Below, piece by piece: positions 39,790-53,191 of a stretch of 64,000 bases of DNA. The position numbers and the translations under genes are program-made. The DNA is from Lytechinus pictus (taxonomy: Eukaryota), in assembly GCF_037042905.1 (NCBI RefSeq), contig NC_087252.1, forward strand, positions 23,314,001 through 23,378,000. The letters are read 5' to 3'. Each line of letters opens with the position of its first letter. Position 1 is the first letter of the stretch. Under the pieces are notes generated by a model. The model was not told the origin of the DNA. It searched no databases and saw nothing but the letters and a program-made list of their open reading frames with translations.

Positions 39790-41170
39790 AGGCTGCAGTG
39801 AGGGACGACGCCATACATAACGCTTTTTTAAAGGACATCAGGGGCTCTTTGGCTGGCGTTTGACCGGTCTCAGCTTGCGTCATGACTGTTGCGGTCCCTC
39901 AGAGGCACCTACTGGTGTTTCTAGATATATATATATATGTGATATATTGATTATTGTATTATATTCTAAGATTTGTCTTTTTTGTCTTCTGTATTTACTT
40001 TTATTGCCTTGCATTTTCTCATTAAAGGGAAGTGTCCTGGGCGTATATTGTATTCCTTTAATGTGCAGATTTGCAAATAAAGTGATATTATAACAACTAC
40101 TCCTTATGTTAATTTAACCTTGCAAACTGTGGGACCTACATTGTATTGAATCGAAGATTGGTCAGAGTTGGGGACCACAATGGGCCTAGGTCAAAGACTA
40201 AATTAAGTATCTTTTAAATATTTCAACGCAACGCGACCAATTAAGCCAAAGTTTGGGCTTTCCTACCGCAGCTGGATCGAAGAGGCGTAAGCAGATACAC
40301 GTTTAAATATACAAGTTTAAATATACATTTTTGAAGCAAACACCGACAATCAAAGGCCTGTCTTTATTTGCGTTACATTGTATTTTAAAGGTTTTTGCTT
40401 GCGCATAATATGTTTATCTTCCAGGTTCTATATTTATTCATTTTGCCGATTAATGAGGTCACTGAAGAATACGGGCCCGTTTCATAAAAAGTTACAACTA
40501 TTGTAACTTTGCCATTATTGTAACAACCTTGAGAATATTAATTGCGATTGGCTGCTGAGCCCTGTTACCATGGGTGTTGCCATGATAGCAACGTTACAAC
40601 AAGCGTAAGAACTTTATGACCCCCCCCCCCGAACATGTCGAAATAAATGCTATGGGAATGATCCGTATAGTTAAGACATAGGTATTAAATCAGAGCGTTA
40701 GATAAAAAAGAAACGGAATAAGAATAGTGAGGATTGAGATAATTGGAGAGGAGAAACACCTAGAATGGAAAGACAGAAAGAAAATCAGACAGGTAGAAGC
40801 CATCGAAAGACATTAAATCGGGAGAATGAAAGAGAACCGGTGAATAAGAAGTCGTATAAACACAAGAGGTCTTCAGATTAACAAACGTTTCACTACAATT
40901 GGGCCACTAAGAGCTGCTAACAGGCGACCTAAGAGTCCCTGAAAGGTATAGCTTTGAAGTGAAGCTACGGTCGTGCAAAATTGTGAGGAACTGACTATGG
41001 GAAAATCAAATCAGAAGTGGTAGTCTTAGGGGGAGGGGGCTGTTGGCCATGTTGGTGCAGTTGTTCACAGAATGTTGTCTGAACAAAAGGACAACATTCT
41101 TTTTGGTTCATGGTCATATTCATAAGACGTTAGAAGGCTATTTGGTTCCTTTGCCTTCATACGAAAACAA

Positions 41171-41179
41171 ATGACGCAG
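41171..41179 (+). CDS. Candidate proximal alternative first exon (MTQ)
   Basis: acaaATGACGCAG|GTAAGA; phase 0; 230 nt upstream of the acceptor at 41409. Confidence 0.5.
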
Positions 41180-41409
41180 GTAAGACTGTAATATCTTAAA
41201 GTTGCATGAATATTACAGGTCCAGAAAGGTTATCTTTAAGGATTCGTCAACCTGAAGTGTAAGGTTTTGAAGGGCTATAATGTTCTTTCTTAACAACACG
41301 TTCCTAACGACATGTGTTTATCCTTTCTTAATAATACCCCTCACCCTCTTGACTGACGATTCGTTTCCATCTAAAAGAATTGATATTTTTAATCTCTTTT
41401 ATCAAACAG

Positions 41410-42208
41410 GATGAAGAAGTGCAAGACTCTGTTTCGGCTGAAGAGAGCGTTGCTCAAGAACAGCCAGATATAGCGCCACCAACGGACGCTCCTGCAGGTG
41501 CTGAACAAGATATGGACAATCCATCTGCAGGTGAATTAACAGCTGATGGAACAGACTTTCCTCCACCTCCACCTCCGGATAGCGAACCCCCGCCTGAACC
41601 CGAATCGGTACCCGAACCGGTACCCGAACCGGCACCCGAACCGGCACCCGAACCGGCAGCCGAACCAGAATCCGTAAGCGATTCAGTACCCGAACCCGAA
41701 CCGATGCCTGAAACGGATCCGCCAACTGAACCAGCATCAGAACCAACACCCGAAATTGATGACGAAGCAAATGACGTCACAGATCTTATAGACAGTGCAG
41801 TTGACCCGGAAATAGATGAAGCTGCCGTTGACCCCACAGCTGAAAACGAGATGATTTCACAAGACGAGGAGAGTCAGGCACCTGCAGAGGTTACAGTTCA
41901 CCCCGAGACCGAGTCCCCTGTGTCTGCAGATGGAAATAGCACGCCCCCACCGATGTACGACGAGACATCCGAGGAAGACAAACCTCAGGCAATCTACCAA
42001 AACAGCATGGTAGCCGAGGACACTGACGGCATCACAACTCTGGACGAAGAGATCCCCAACGGTCACGGCGTGAACGGTGACCTGGATCCAATCATCATGA
42101 TGTATTCCAATGAAAAGACATCGTCGACGAGGGCTAGACTGATCTGTTTTGTCATGTTCTTTATCGTGGTGGCCATCACTGTCATAGCACTGACCTTCTA
42201 CTTAGTTC
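41410..42208 (+). CDS. Main exon: acidic, Pro/Glu-rich disordered region (PE/PA repeats) followed by a TM helix; unknown membrane protein
   Basis: Pyrimidine tract plus CAG acceptor; GC-rich 799-nt open frame; [25 protein letters not shown]; donor C|GTGAGT. Confidence 0.88.
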
Positions 42209-43032
42209 GTGAGTATAATAGGCCTATTTCAAGTTTTTCGTTTGCGGATATTACCTTGAGAGCTTACTCTTCCTGCGAACCGGAGATGAAGTTCTTTCCT
42301 CACTATCCCTCGTAAATGATGATCTGGAGGAAATTGACTCAGATTCGGGCATACCATAAATGCGTTTCATTTTTAGTATAAAAGTAGAATTCTGTTGTGT
42401 TTTTATCACGAATAGAATTTGATCTGATTGACTTTATGATGCCTGCCAGATACAAAACTATCAGATACAAGATGAATATGATAAAATATACTCTGAAATA
42501 AGATTTCAACTAATTGCATCACCAAATCCAAATTTTTATTGTGGAAAATGTTCCATATACATGTAAGTAACACTTATTAAAATTGACACATGCAATAGTA
42601 ATATCTTCTTTTTGCCATGGAAAACGCTAACTTTGCACCCTAAATGAACCCTGACTGCAACCTTTGCGTTGTAATCTCAAACCATAGGTGCAAAGTTAAA
42701 GAGGGTTCCAACTTACACCTTCCCTCATTGATTCTTCTCTTTACCCATTGGGGTGCATGATGTAGCAAACTGCACAATGGGGATACACGACATAAATGTG
42801 CACGATTGCAGACATTTGCACCGCCTCGGGTAATGCTTGTCGTCCAACATCAAGGGTTTCAATTTGAACTTTCTTCTTAGTGTTAATGATTTGGGAAAGA
42901 GCAACTAAGCATAGTAACGTTTCTCTACTCTAGCAGGGTTTGTCACAATCATAATTGCTGAAATTCACTGTGGGAATTCTGTTTGCCGACCTTACTCTAA
43001 TTTCGATTTTAATATCATTCTTTGTTTTATAG

Positions 43033-43101
43033 TTTATTATGAGAACGGAGATAGTTCCGACTCATCAGAAGGTCCGGTGGTAACAACGCCGCGTGCCCCA
43101 T
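43033..43101 (+). CDS. Next exon (LYYENGDSSDSSEGPVVTTPRAP)
   Basis: TTTTGTTTTATAG acceptor, T|GTAAGT donor, phase 1-1, open frame. Confidence 0.75.
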
Positions 43102-43149
43102 GTAAGTACCCAACTAATTGATTTTTAAATTATTCTGAAGATCTTTACA

Positions 43150-43355
43150 GGCCGGGTTACACCGGTACCGAATCAGCTGCGAATCCATCCGAATTCACGT
43201 ATTCGGGTGGTCTCGGGAGTATTCTGTTCTCCCTCCGCGAATGCGAGAAAATTCGAATGTTCCCGAATCCACCAAAACCGTCCGAATTATGCTCGATTCG
43301 GCTGGAATCAGTCCGAATGTATTCGGGAGAATTCGGTTTTGGTGTAACCCTGGCT
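43150..43355 (-). mobile_element. Inverted copy of the 34934 MITE
   Basis: Reverse complement aligns over ~200 bp. Confidence 0.8.
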
Positions 43356-44251
43356 TTACAGTCACACCAACGAAACCAAAGTCTTGCTAGCCAACGGTAT
43401 GCCATTCGGAATATTTCGTATAATAATCAGATCGGTCTGGGCCAAGTTGCTTTAAAAGTTATTAATGACTTATTGTATGGTAACTTTGCTATCCAATGGT
43501 AACTACCATGGTAACGCTGATCAACAGCCAATCAAAATTCAAGGATTCCATGCAAGTTACCATTGCATGGCAAAGATACCGTAATGGTAATTCTTTTGTG
43601 ACGGAGCCAAGAATTCGGTTTCTCTCGTGTGACTGTAGCATGAAGTGCCCTTAAACATGTTAAAGGAAACCTCGTAACATACGAGCTGCATAACAATAAT
43701 TATGGAAACACGGGAAATCAATTGCACCGGAACGATCACGGGGGCCCATTTCAGAAAGAATTGAGATCAAACGCAAATCCAAAGATCGCAACTTTATTTT
43801 TAACCTATGAAACACGGCTATTAGGAACTTGTAATGGATTTTTGGAGTTGCGTTTGAAAACTCTTTCAGCAACAGGCCCTGCGTGTGATAGCCCCAAACC
43901 AGAAAACCCCAGCACCACTTTAAACATAGCCTTCTCAACAGTATCACGCGCATGGATGAACACGACATTTGTTCCTGCGACAATTGCTCCGAGCCGAATT
44001 TCGTCTAAGACATGTAAGACGTAGGGTTAGGATTGCAATGGGTTTAATGTTAGCTTAAAGCTGTAAAGTTAGGTTTAGGGTAGCGTATAGCGTTGGACAT
44101 TCGATTGGTGTGTGGAATCTAGAGCGGAGCAATTGTCGCCGGAGAAAATGTCATGGAAACCACGCATGATGGGCTTGCCAGAGGATTTCCCTAATAGAAT
44201 GGTGCAGTGTTCTTTTTATATGGGTATCATTATGAAGCAATATGAACCCAG

Positions 44252-44792
44252 GGCTCCGTAACACAAAGGTTTGCGATGAATTGCAAATATATATATATAT
44301 ATCTATCAGTTTTGCATAACTCTGCAGTATAGAATAAAGAAAACCAATAAATAAGTAAATAATACATACATATATATATGTATATATATATATTTATATA
44401 ATATAGGGTAGTTATATTGCGCACATATCCACCTTGTTAGGTGCTCAAGGCGCTCCTACATTACCCGGCTAAGCTAGGCGTTCATAGCGCACACAGCTTT
44501 TTAAGAATTTCTTCCTACCGGTACCCATTTGCCTCACCTGGGTTGAGTGCAGCACATTGTGGATCAGTTTCTTGCCGAAGGAAATTACGCCATGGCTGGG
44601 ATTCGAACCCACGACCCTCTGTTTCAAAGTCCGAAGACTAATCCAATGGGCCACAACGCTCCACACTGATAATATAACATATAACACTGATTAGTTCCCG
44701 GTCAGTATTTTAAACAGAGTGCGCAGGCAACGATGATCTTGATTGGTCATTGGTGTTTAGCGATTGATTGCAAACCTTTGTGTTACGGAGCC
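44252..44792. mobile_element. MITE with CAG TSD, interrupted by a SINE
   Basis: TIR GGCTCCGTAACACAAAGGTTTGC; CAG on both sides. Confidence 0.8.
44395..44662 (-). mobile_element. tRNA-derived SINE
   Basis: Minus strand GGAGCGTTGTGGCCCATTGG..GGTTCGAATCC..CAACCCAGGTG..AATGGGTACC; (TA)-rich tail. Confidence 0.88.
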
Positions 44793-44920
44793 CAGGAGAG
44801 CTATAGGGCAGACTTTCCAAACTTGTCTTAATTGCGTTCGTTTCTTTTCGTTGATTTGTTAAATTGACGCTTGGTTACAAAGTTCTGGTATATGTTTTTC
44901 ATTTCTTATTTTCTCGTCAG

Positions 44921-45140
44921 AGCCCAGAGCGGACTGACACCAATAACCTTGGAAACGGATTTATATCGTCACCATGGTAACCAAACATTCTTAGGCTGAA
45001 ACTCAAGGATTGCCAAAACAAAGCCAGGAATTCTGACCTATCTTCGAATGGATGCCAGTTCTAATGTGCATGAACATAATGAGGAGAAGAATTATAGTTC
45101 CCACAGCACAAGTCAATTAACTCTGACATAATAAAACAAA
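44921..45140 (+). other. Probable terminal exon (completes TAG stop, then 3' UTR)
   Basis: TTTCTTATTTTCTCGTCAG acceptor; T|AG stop; AATAAA at 45130. Confidence 0.55.
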
Positions 45141-45799
45141 ACGATACAAAACATGTATTAAGGAATCTAAAATTGACCGTATAATGGCCTTCCTTAATTC
45201 CAGGGATTGGATCTTAAATCTCATGAATACTCATCCCAACGTTCTTTGAAAAAGGTACAGCTCACGTGTTGTAAAAAAACTAATGTATCATGTGTATTAA
45301 TACAGTTTACAGAAGTACATTAAGGCTACTTGATATCTAGATATTAATGTAAATATTTATTTTTGGAGCAATTTTTTAAATGTTATTTTCATGAACGAAA
45401 TAACCCCCATATAAACATGTCTGTCGGCAATATGATGTGATGTTATAAACGTACGTCATGCTCATTGACGTCATGGCATCTCTTAGAGGCTGAAGCCATA
45501 GCCACGCATCTGTCGGTGAATCACTGCAGCTGGACCATCTCCGACCCGCTCTCCGTTTATGCGTCTTCCTATATCCTCTAAGGGAGGGCGCTATGAGATT
45601 ATGACGTCATATGCATAAGGTCTTTACCTGGGGTTCGAGCTGACCATGGTATAAAGCTATAATGATTCACGCTCTTTAGGAAATTATTGAAGAATTGACT
45701 GTTTCATCTTTGTCATTCAGAAAGCCCAAACGGCAAGCATCAATGGTTACAATGGTCTCTGTAAAGATGAATTCAAATGCTCGAGCGCCTAATCAGAGA

Positions 45800-46050
45800 A
45801 ATAATATTAGTAATACTTGTATAGCGCTTTTCACTTTAGTCTCTAAGCGCTCTACAGTCATGCAGCATAATTACCCCGGCCTTAACAGAGCAGCTGTTAC
45901 GTGCTCTGCGTTTTAAGGAATACATTCCTACCAGGTGCCATGATCACCTCACCTGGCTTGAGTGCAGCACAGTAGCCGTGTTAAAGCCGGGGTAATAGTT
46001 TGCAGCGCTTAGAAACATTATATTGAACGCTATAAATGTTCCATATTATT
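45800..46050. mobile_element. Two oppositely oriented SINE 3' fragments
   Basis: Similar to the 3' halves of the SINEs at 3641 and 44395. Confidence 0.6.
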
Positions 46051-46089
46051 AATGTTATTAATGTTATAACTCTTAGATTCAAATTCACA

Positions 46090-47020
46090 TTTTTTTTTTC
46101 ATATGACACACGATCAAAATTAATTACATCAAATTCCAATTGACATTAATGATGGTTTGATGGCCCGGAAAAGCTAAGAGTCTATATAAAATTTGGTAAG
46201 CCGAATAACAATTGAAATAAAGAGACGAAGTATTCCTCTTACTAAAAGATAAAAAACATATAGGGGTGGTAAAAAACGAGGAAAAACCTTTCGTTTTCAT
46301 TAAGAAAAACATTCAGGGCGACGACTTCACCTTTACTCATTTGAACAATACTTGTAGCAAACGTCTGGAAATTGTTTTAAATATAGATATCATTTAAATA
46401 TTGTTAGAATACTCTTTCTTGTTTTTATTATGAATTTTTTTAAAATGTATATGATAATAGTGTTTATCAGATTGACTTTGCATTAACGTATCTTCCTTTA
46501 GTTTAATAAAGAGCATATTGAATAAGTGGTTGAAAATAATTGACTATATGGCTGAAATGAGTCTGGATGAATTGTACCATATTGTTTCAGTCCTTGAGTA
46601 ACCTTACTTGAATGTATTTTTGTATTAAACATTCTTTTTTCTATTTTGCTATCCTTTTTTGTATACATTTCACTGAGTTTGATTGAAAATGTAATAGTGA
46701 CGTAAACTGTTATATTGTTCCTTTTGATTACGTGTTGATTATGTATGGGTTATATGATTTGTGATATCATCAGTTGAAGCAGTATTGTCTAATATTTTGT
46801 TTGAATTAGAATAACCCCCATAATCTTTTTTTACAATCATGTTAGGTATTGATTGTAAATAGGGAAATATAGGCCTATCTAGTCTTTGTTTTTGTAAAGT
46901 TAATGGATTGAATACTTTATACCGGCAGGAAAGGTAATTGAGTTACATTTTTATGTGAATGTGTAAAACTAGAATCATGAAAAGACAATAAATATTAATA
47001 CATTTTTATCTTGCTGGAAA
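46090..47020 (-). mobile_element. Possible highly decayed LINE 3' fragment
   Basis: T-tract start and composition similar to the 13.2-14 kb LINE end; no clean motif. Confidence 0.3.
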
Positions 47021-47244
47021 ACAATTGTGTTTGTGGCACGACTACTTCTCGATCGATTAGTACTATTTTTTTAAAGATTGATATTTGGGACCAATCCAAA
47101 ATTCTATTGAAATATTGTAATCTAATAGATTTAGTGCTCATTCTTATTCTCACTCTGATAGGTATATAGAACTCAATTTTATTCTCAATCTATTTTTGGC
47201 TTGGTACCCATGCATCACAATCTAATACATTTATTTGCAATCTG

Positions 47245-47859
47245 GGTCCCGTAACACAAAGGTTAGCGATTGATCGTACGATCGATTTTTACGATTGATT
47301 GTACATTATAGTCAATGCAATCAATCGTAGAAAAATGTTAGATCATTGCTAAGATTTGTGTAACGGGCCCCATATGATTTTGAGCCGGTTTCTTATAATT
47401 GTGAAAACATTAATATGCATGCTGTCATGAATATGCAATGGGGGGGCAGAAGAAGTCCTGTCACCACTTTCCTTTTCTTATTTTATTACACAAAATCATG
47501 TAGTTACAGGTAACTCTGCCTACATGTAAGTAAACCTTCCATAAAGTCAAATAATGACGAAAGTCAAGCCATTTTTAGGCCTGGGTGCCGTAACACAAAG
47601 GTTAGCGATTGATCGTACGCTTGATTTTCACAATTGATTGTACATTGTAGTCAAAGCAATCAATCGTAGAAAAATGTTCTAAGATCATTGCTAAGCTTTG
47701 TGTTACAGGCCCCTGGTCTTATATCTCCTTGGTCTCGTAACACAAAGGTTAGCGATTGATCGTACGCTTGATTTTCACAATTGATTGTAAATTGTAGTCA
47801 ATGCAATCAATCGTAGAAAAATGTTCTATGATCATTGCTAAGCTTTGTGTAACGGGCCC
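47245..47859 (+). mobile_element. Cluster of three ~128-bp MITEs with CTG-type TSD
   Basis: 47245-47370, 47584-47712 and 47731-47859; TIR GG.CCCGTAACACAAAG. Confidence 0.85.
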
Positions 47860-50800
47860 CTGGTAATTTTAGAGAGAATGGTGTGAATTATAGTCGAGTA
47901 TCATTTAATATTCTAACCTGACACAAAAGTAAAAAGTACGAGTATTTGCCATTTATTATTTGTTTATCATCGTTGACTGAAATTGATTTGTGATGTTTGA
48001 GATATCTAGCTCCCTCTCACGGTGTTATGTTTTTGTGAAATGGCAAATTCAGAACCTATCTTATAAATTTAGAGATTGGATATGGGAAAGGTTTTACCCA
48101 TTTCAAGGAGTTGGTGCTGCTTGGGTTTTTATTTAATAAAAAAAGAAGAAAAGAAAACGCAGATAAGTCACTGTAATTCGGCATCCGATTAAAATTAAAC
48201 TTTCATGTAAAACAGCAAAATTTATCAAATAAAAACACTGATGCTTTCATGCTCCTCATACCTCTTTAGGGCACACACAATTATATAACTGAAATAGTGA
48301 CACGCGCTTTCCCACGTTTTTTTTTTAATCAAAACTTAAAAAAAAAAAAATCTGTTCCTCATCTCTAAATCTTCACAATTCCTTTTTCAGGGAGACTTCC
48401 CATTGCTCTATTGTCTTAATTCTAAAACTTTTTTTCACCTTTCCCATGGTGAAAACAGCGAGAATAAAAATAGACTTTGGACTCTACAAAATAGACTTTG
48501 GACTCTACTTTGTTAAGCACTAAAATCTCTCAACTTCACGGAAGACTTAATTTCGTTTGTATACTGGGATACTTTTTCATAAAGACTTGTTATTATAACA
48601 AATGAACAATATTCATAACAAATTTACTATCGGCCAATCAAATTGTATCATTTCAGTAGCTTTAAACTGTTTGTTATTGTATCAAGCTCTATGAAACAGG
48701 CCCGAGAACATTCTGACAGGGACACGGTCCAATCTACCATGTTTACCGTATACGGTCACATCAACGAAACCGACTCCAAACCGACCGATGGTATGTCAAT
48801 GATAACGCTTTGATCGGCCTGGAGTCGAATTCGCCGGTGTGCACCTTAAAATAATGTATCCTTAAAATAAAAGAAGTTCCTGCAGCAGAGTCTCGAGAAC
48901 ACCTGTAATCTTACCAGATTGCGTAATCTTACAGGAAATTGGTATTTGGTGTATGGAACCTTACAAATTTCCTTTGATAAAACACCCTTTTCCCCTTTTT
49001 AAACAGACCTGTTCTGTTAAATTGCAGAAAAATTCCTGTTTTATGAATTTACAGAATGATTCTGTTATTGCTTTTTGCAAAATCTTCTTTTTTGTTGTTG
49101 TAAAATCAGGTTTTTTTAACAGTGTGACTGAGACAAAATAAGGGATTTACGCTTCCACTATGCACAACGTATTTAAGAATATAGAAAATGTCTTGTCGAA
49201 TGGCCTTTTATAACAAACGATCAACCAAGAGGTCTTTGTCGAGAATTGATGAATCAAAACAACAGTTTAGTCCCGGATTCTGGAAGGACGGCGTATTTGC
49301 AATTTTTCGTCAAAACCTAGGACGAAACTGCTGTTCTTATTCACAATTTTTCGACAAAGACTTACCAGTTCTTTATCGTTCGACGGGGATTTTCAATAAA
49401 TTTACTGTGTTCTTGAATGCATCGTGCGTCGCTGTGCATGAAGCTAATTTAAAGGTGCGCCGATTCCCTGGATTCAAGAGGGCGCTGTTGGACGTTGCTG
49501 TACTCGCCGCCATCTCGATTTGAAGAACATCGTCATGGTATGCATGCAGCTGTCAATCATCAAAACTCCACGTCGCAGTCACACAAACCACTCCCACACC
49601 CAACTGTTTAAACTTATTACGTTATTCTCAATGTCAGATCATCGCTCGGTTTGGGGTCGGTTCATTCGTCTGACTGTGACACGGACCCATTTTCAGAGTT
49701 CTAGTACACTCTTGCAAGGATTTGAAGTTAATGCATATCGGCTGTGAATATGACCAGCCGAAACTTGGATTTATTTTCACCATAAAGATACATTTCTTAT
49801 TTCTTAATCTCAGACAATTTGAATTCAATTCTGTTCGCTTTAAACTCAAATCCACAAGGCTAAAATCCAATGTTCAGCTGGTCACTATTTACAAGCCGAT
49901 ATTGATTTATTTTAAATCCTTGAAATTCAGAGAGTACCTTTTTACACGTTGACACTTTTTGTATTATTTTTCAGAATACATATTATATTGAAAGTATGAA
50001 TGGTTTCAGCTTCATAGATCTCCAAGTTAAAACATAGACATCGAGACTCAACTCCAATCCACTCCGGAACATGGCACAAATAGCACATCGATCATTATAT
50101 TATGTTAGTATATATTTCAGTATATTAAAAAAATCAGCATTAAAAAAACCCCAAAATAATCGATAAATATTGACTGCATGTGTTCCGTTTATATAGGCAA
50201 ACTGGTTCCCGTTGCATAAAGAGTCGCAATCAAACCAAACTCCCAAAAATATATCGGTACTCGACTTTCAACCGATGAAATGCGCGCATGAGGGACTTAC
50301 GCAAGACTTTTTATTACTTATACGGAGTGTAACAAAATACCAGTTATCAATGTAATCCTATCCCCCAACACGTTCAAATACACTGAAAGCCTATATGCGA
50401 CCCGTTGCAGAATGAATCATCCATTAAACGCAAATCAAAATATCAAGCGTAAGTCCCTCATGCGCGCATTTCATTGGCTGAACGTCAATTTACGTTTGAT
50501 TTTTGGAGTTCCGTTTGATTGCAGCGCTTTCTGAAACGCCCCCAGGACATTGGTAAAATGCAACACAAATTGATAGAATAAATATAATAAATGACGTTAG
50601 GATACAGCCTATAGTTTCTATGCAAAACGACAAAGAAATATTGTGCTTTCTATTAAAGGGGTGCTCCAGCACCGCCCCCTAAAAAAAAAATTCCAGAATG
50701 ATTGTCACTTTAAATGAATTTAATAAACCAGTTCGTAGTTACTTCATGGAAAATTTTGGTCAAATGACCTTTCATTTATTTCATTATGATAGGCAGATTT

Positions 50801-51772
50801 CAAAGCAAGATATTACGTAAGCTTGCCTTACATAGCAGGATGATGAAATTGAATAGACCAGGTGACTAGAATAGCACACCAATGAACACTTTATGAAGGT
50901 ATTTGTTGCATTCCTACTTTGAATGCATATCATAGCATGTTGCACAATGTATACTTGGCAAACTGTGAAATACCAGTCGTTCGTGGACGCATTGTTGTTT
51001 TTTGTGGATGTAAATGAAAACCACAATTCAAAAGAATATTTGAATAATCAAGACATCAAAGTTGGTGCTTATCTCATTAGATTTTAAACCACCATGTCAC
51101 GTTAGTACAAATGACCTTCCTCTGATCATGCGTAGAATCTGTTGATCATGCGCAGAAAGGAACTACGAACTGGCTTATTATGGCAACTACCATCGTGACA
51201 GGGCTTGGCAGTCAATCAAAGTTACCATGGAAGTTGTTATGATGGCCAAGTAACCATAGTTGACACTATAACTAAACGGGCCCGCCTCGTGAAAGTGTCA
51301 CACTCCAGCTGGACACCATCTCTATGGAAAGCCAAGCTAGACATTAATCTTTTGTGAACAGACGTATGCTTCGCACATTCCATGCGTCTGCATTTTGTCC
51401 AATCAGCCTATCGTCCAGTTTTGCTTTCCGTAGAGATGGCAAGCTTTCATAAAACGAAACACTGGGGAGCGTTTCACTAACATTTTCATCCGACGAGTTG
51501 TCAGATCCTTTCTTGATTCTGATTGGCTTAGAAGCAGTGTTACTATGGTAATTGTCGGATAAAAGAGGATTTCGTGTCGGATCAAACCCTTGAATGAAAC
51601 GCTTCTCTGGTCTCTGCTGATACAGCTGTCAGAGGTCGGAGAATCAACTCATTCTGAAGGAGATCACATACATTCTATACACACCAATGGGGGTGTCGCA
51701 AGGTACTTGCAATTGATCGCATTTCAAGGTCAGCTTTTTTTGATCAACAAGTATAAATTGATTTGCCTCTAA

Positions 51773-52320
51773 AGGACAAGTCCACCTCAATAAAAAGTTG
51801 GTTTCAATAAAAGGAGAAAAATCCAACAAACACAACACTGAAAATTTAGGGTTATGACATTTTAAACAGTTATATGCACATCCTGGTCGGTATGCGAATG
51901 AGCAGACAGATGACGTTACCCACTCACTATTTTTTTTGTATTTTATTATATGAAATATGAAAAATTCGAATTTTCTCCTCATCGTCATGTGGAACTAAAC
52001 TTTATGCCTCCCTGAACATGTGCAATTACCATTATTTTAACAGTTTGTGGTTAAATAAAGTTGGTCCCAATTGTCAAATCTGTGAAAATTGAAATATTTT
52101 ATAATTTAAACAATAAAAAACACAATAAATAGTGAGTGACATCATCGACTCTCTCATTTGCACATCAATGAGTTGTTTTGTTTTGTGAAAAATAAGCAAA
52201 ACTTAAAAATGACATAACTTTCTTATTTTACATTCGATTTTGATGAAATTGTCAGTGTTATGTTAGTTTGATTTTTCTCTATCCATTCAAATCAACAATT
52301 TTCTGAGGTGGACTCGACCT
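51773..52320 (+). mobile_element. Copy of the TTAA-type MITE
   Basis: Aligns to 34055-34664. Confidence 0.85.
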
Positions 52321-52497
52321 TTAATAGTTAAAATCAATCTATCACCTGTAAACTTGTATCTAAAATTTGCAACTGATTGAAAATATTTTCTTGCAAGTTG
52401 CAACACCCTACGGGGAGAAAGGGTAGGCCTACAAAAATGCATTTTTTAAAATCTTATTAGCGCACGGAATTTCTCATCTGTCTCCTTGATGTTCAAG

Positions 52498-52557
52498 CAG
52501 TGGCGTACCTGGGATTTTTCACAGGGGGGGGCAAAACCGTCCGCAAAAAATTTGACA

Positions 52558-52593
<36 letters not shown>

Positions 52594-52711
52594 TCTTCAA
52601 GCTCGTCAGGGGGGGGGGGGGGGGCAGGGATACGTCCTTTGCATGGGTTGTGGCTCGTCAGGGGGGGGGCAGACTGCCCCCTCTGCCCCCCCCCCCGTAG
52701 GTACGCTAGTG
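52498..52711. mobile_element. MITE with 8-bp TSD (hAT-like)
   Basis: CAGTGGCGTACCT...AGGTACGCTAGTG flanked by TGTTCAAG. Confidence 0.8.
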
Positions 52712-53191
52712 TGTTCAAGGTGCAGTAAAGTGTGGTTTCGTTCAAAAACTGGAACATTTTGCACCTACAACATACTCTGCGCCATTAAATGTGGATAATG
52801 TAGCTAACTCTACCTTTAAACGTGCACATCGTAACAGCATCCACTATTTGCGGTCATCCTATCAACCACGAGTGTTGGTAGTTGTTCCTATCTGCCTTTT
52901 TCGTTTAGTGTACAACCAGAAATATGAAAACCAATTTACAACTGCAATGAACTGCCAGCCCGATCATTCCCACTCAAAAGACAGTAACAAAATAATTATT
53001 CGAAAATTTCATAAAATGTGCTCGTAATAAAATAACAGCTTGGGGTCTTACATGTACTCTGCTTATAATATGTCTGTATCGATATATACTTAAGATGTAT
53101 CACTAGCTAAAACATTGATATTGATTAGTTTTAGAAATTTCGTACGTAAAACAATAATCCGTTTAAACGGTGTCCGATATCTCTAATTATA

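Noticed and set aside
39800..40180. Possible solo LTR (TA-rich box, AATAAA, ACA end)
   Set aside because: Could not find a matching TG start with a TSD
41402..42066. Minus-strand ORFs (GSG/VRVP repeats)
   Set aside because: Antisense shadows of the repetitive + strand exon
42209..42315. C-terminal extension of the 311-aa ORF
   Set aside because: Lies after a GTGAGT donor that joins in frame to the exon at 43033; likely intron read-through
52446..52757. Poly-K/G/P ORFs here and at 21461-21889 and 56466-57116
   Set aside because: Homopolymer runs inside MITEs
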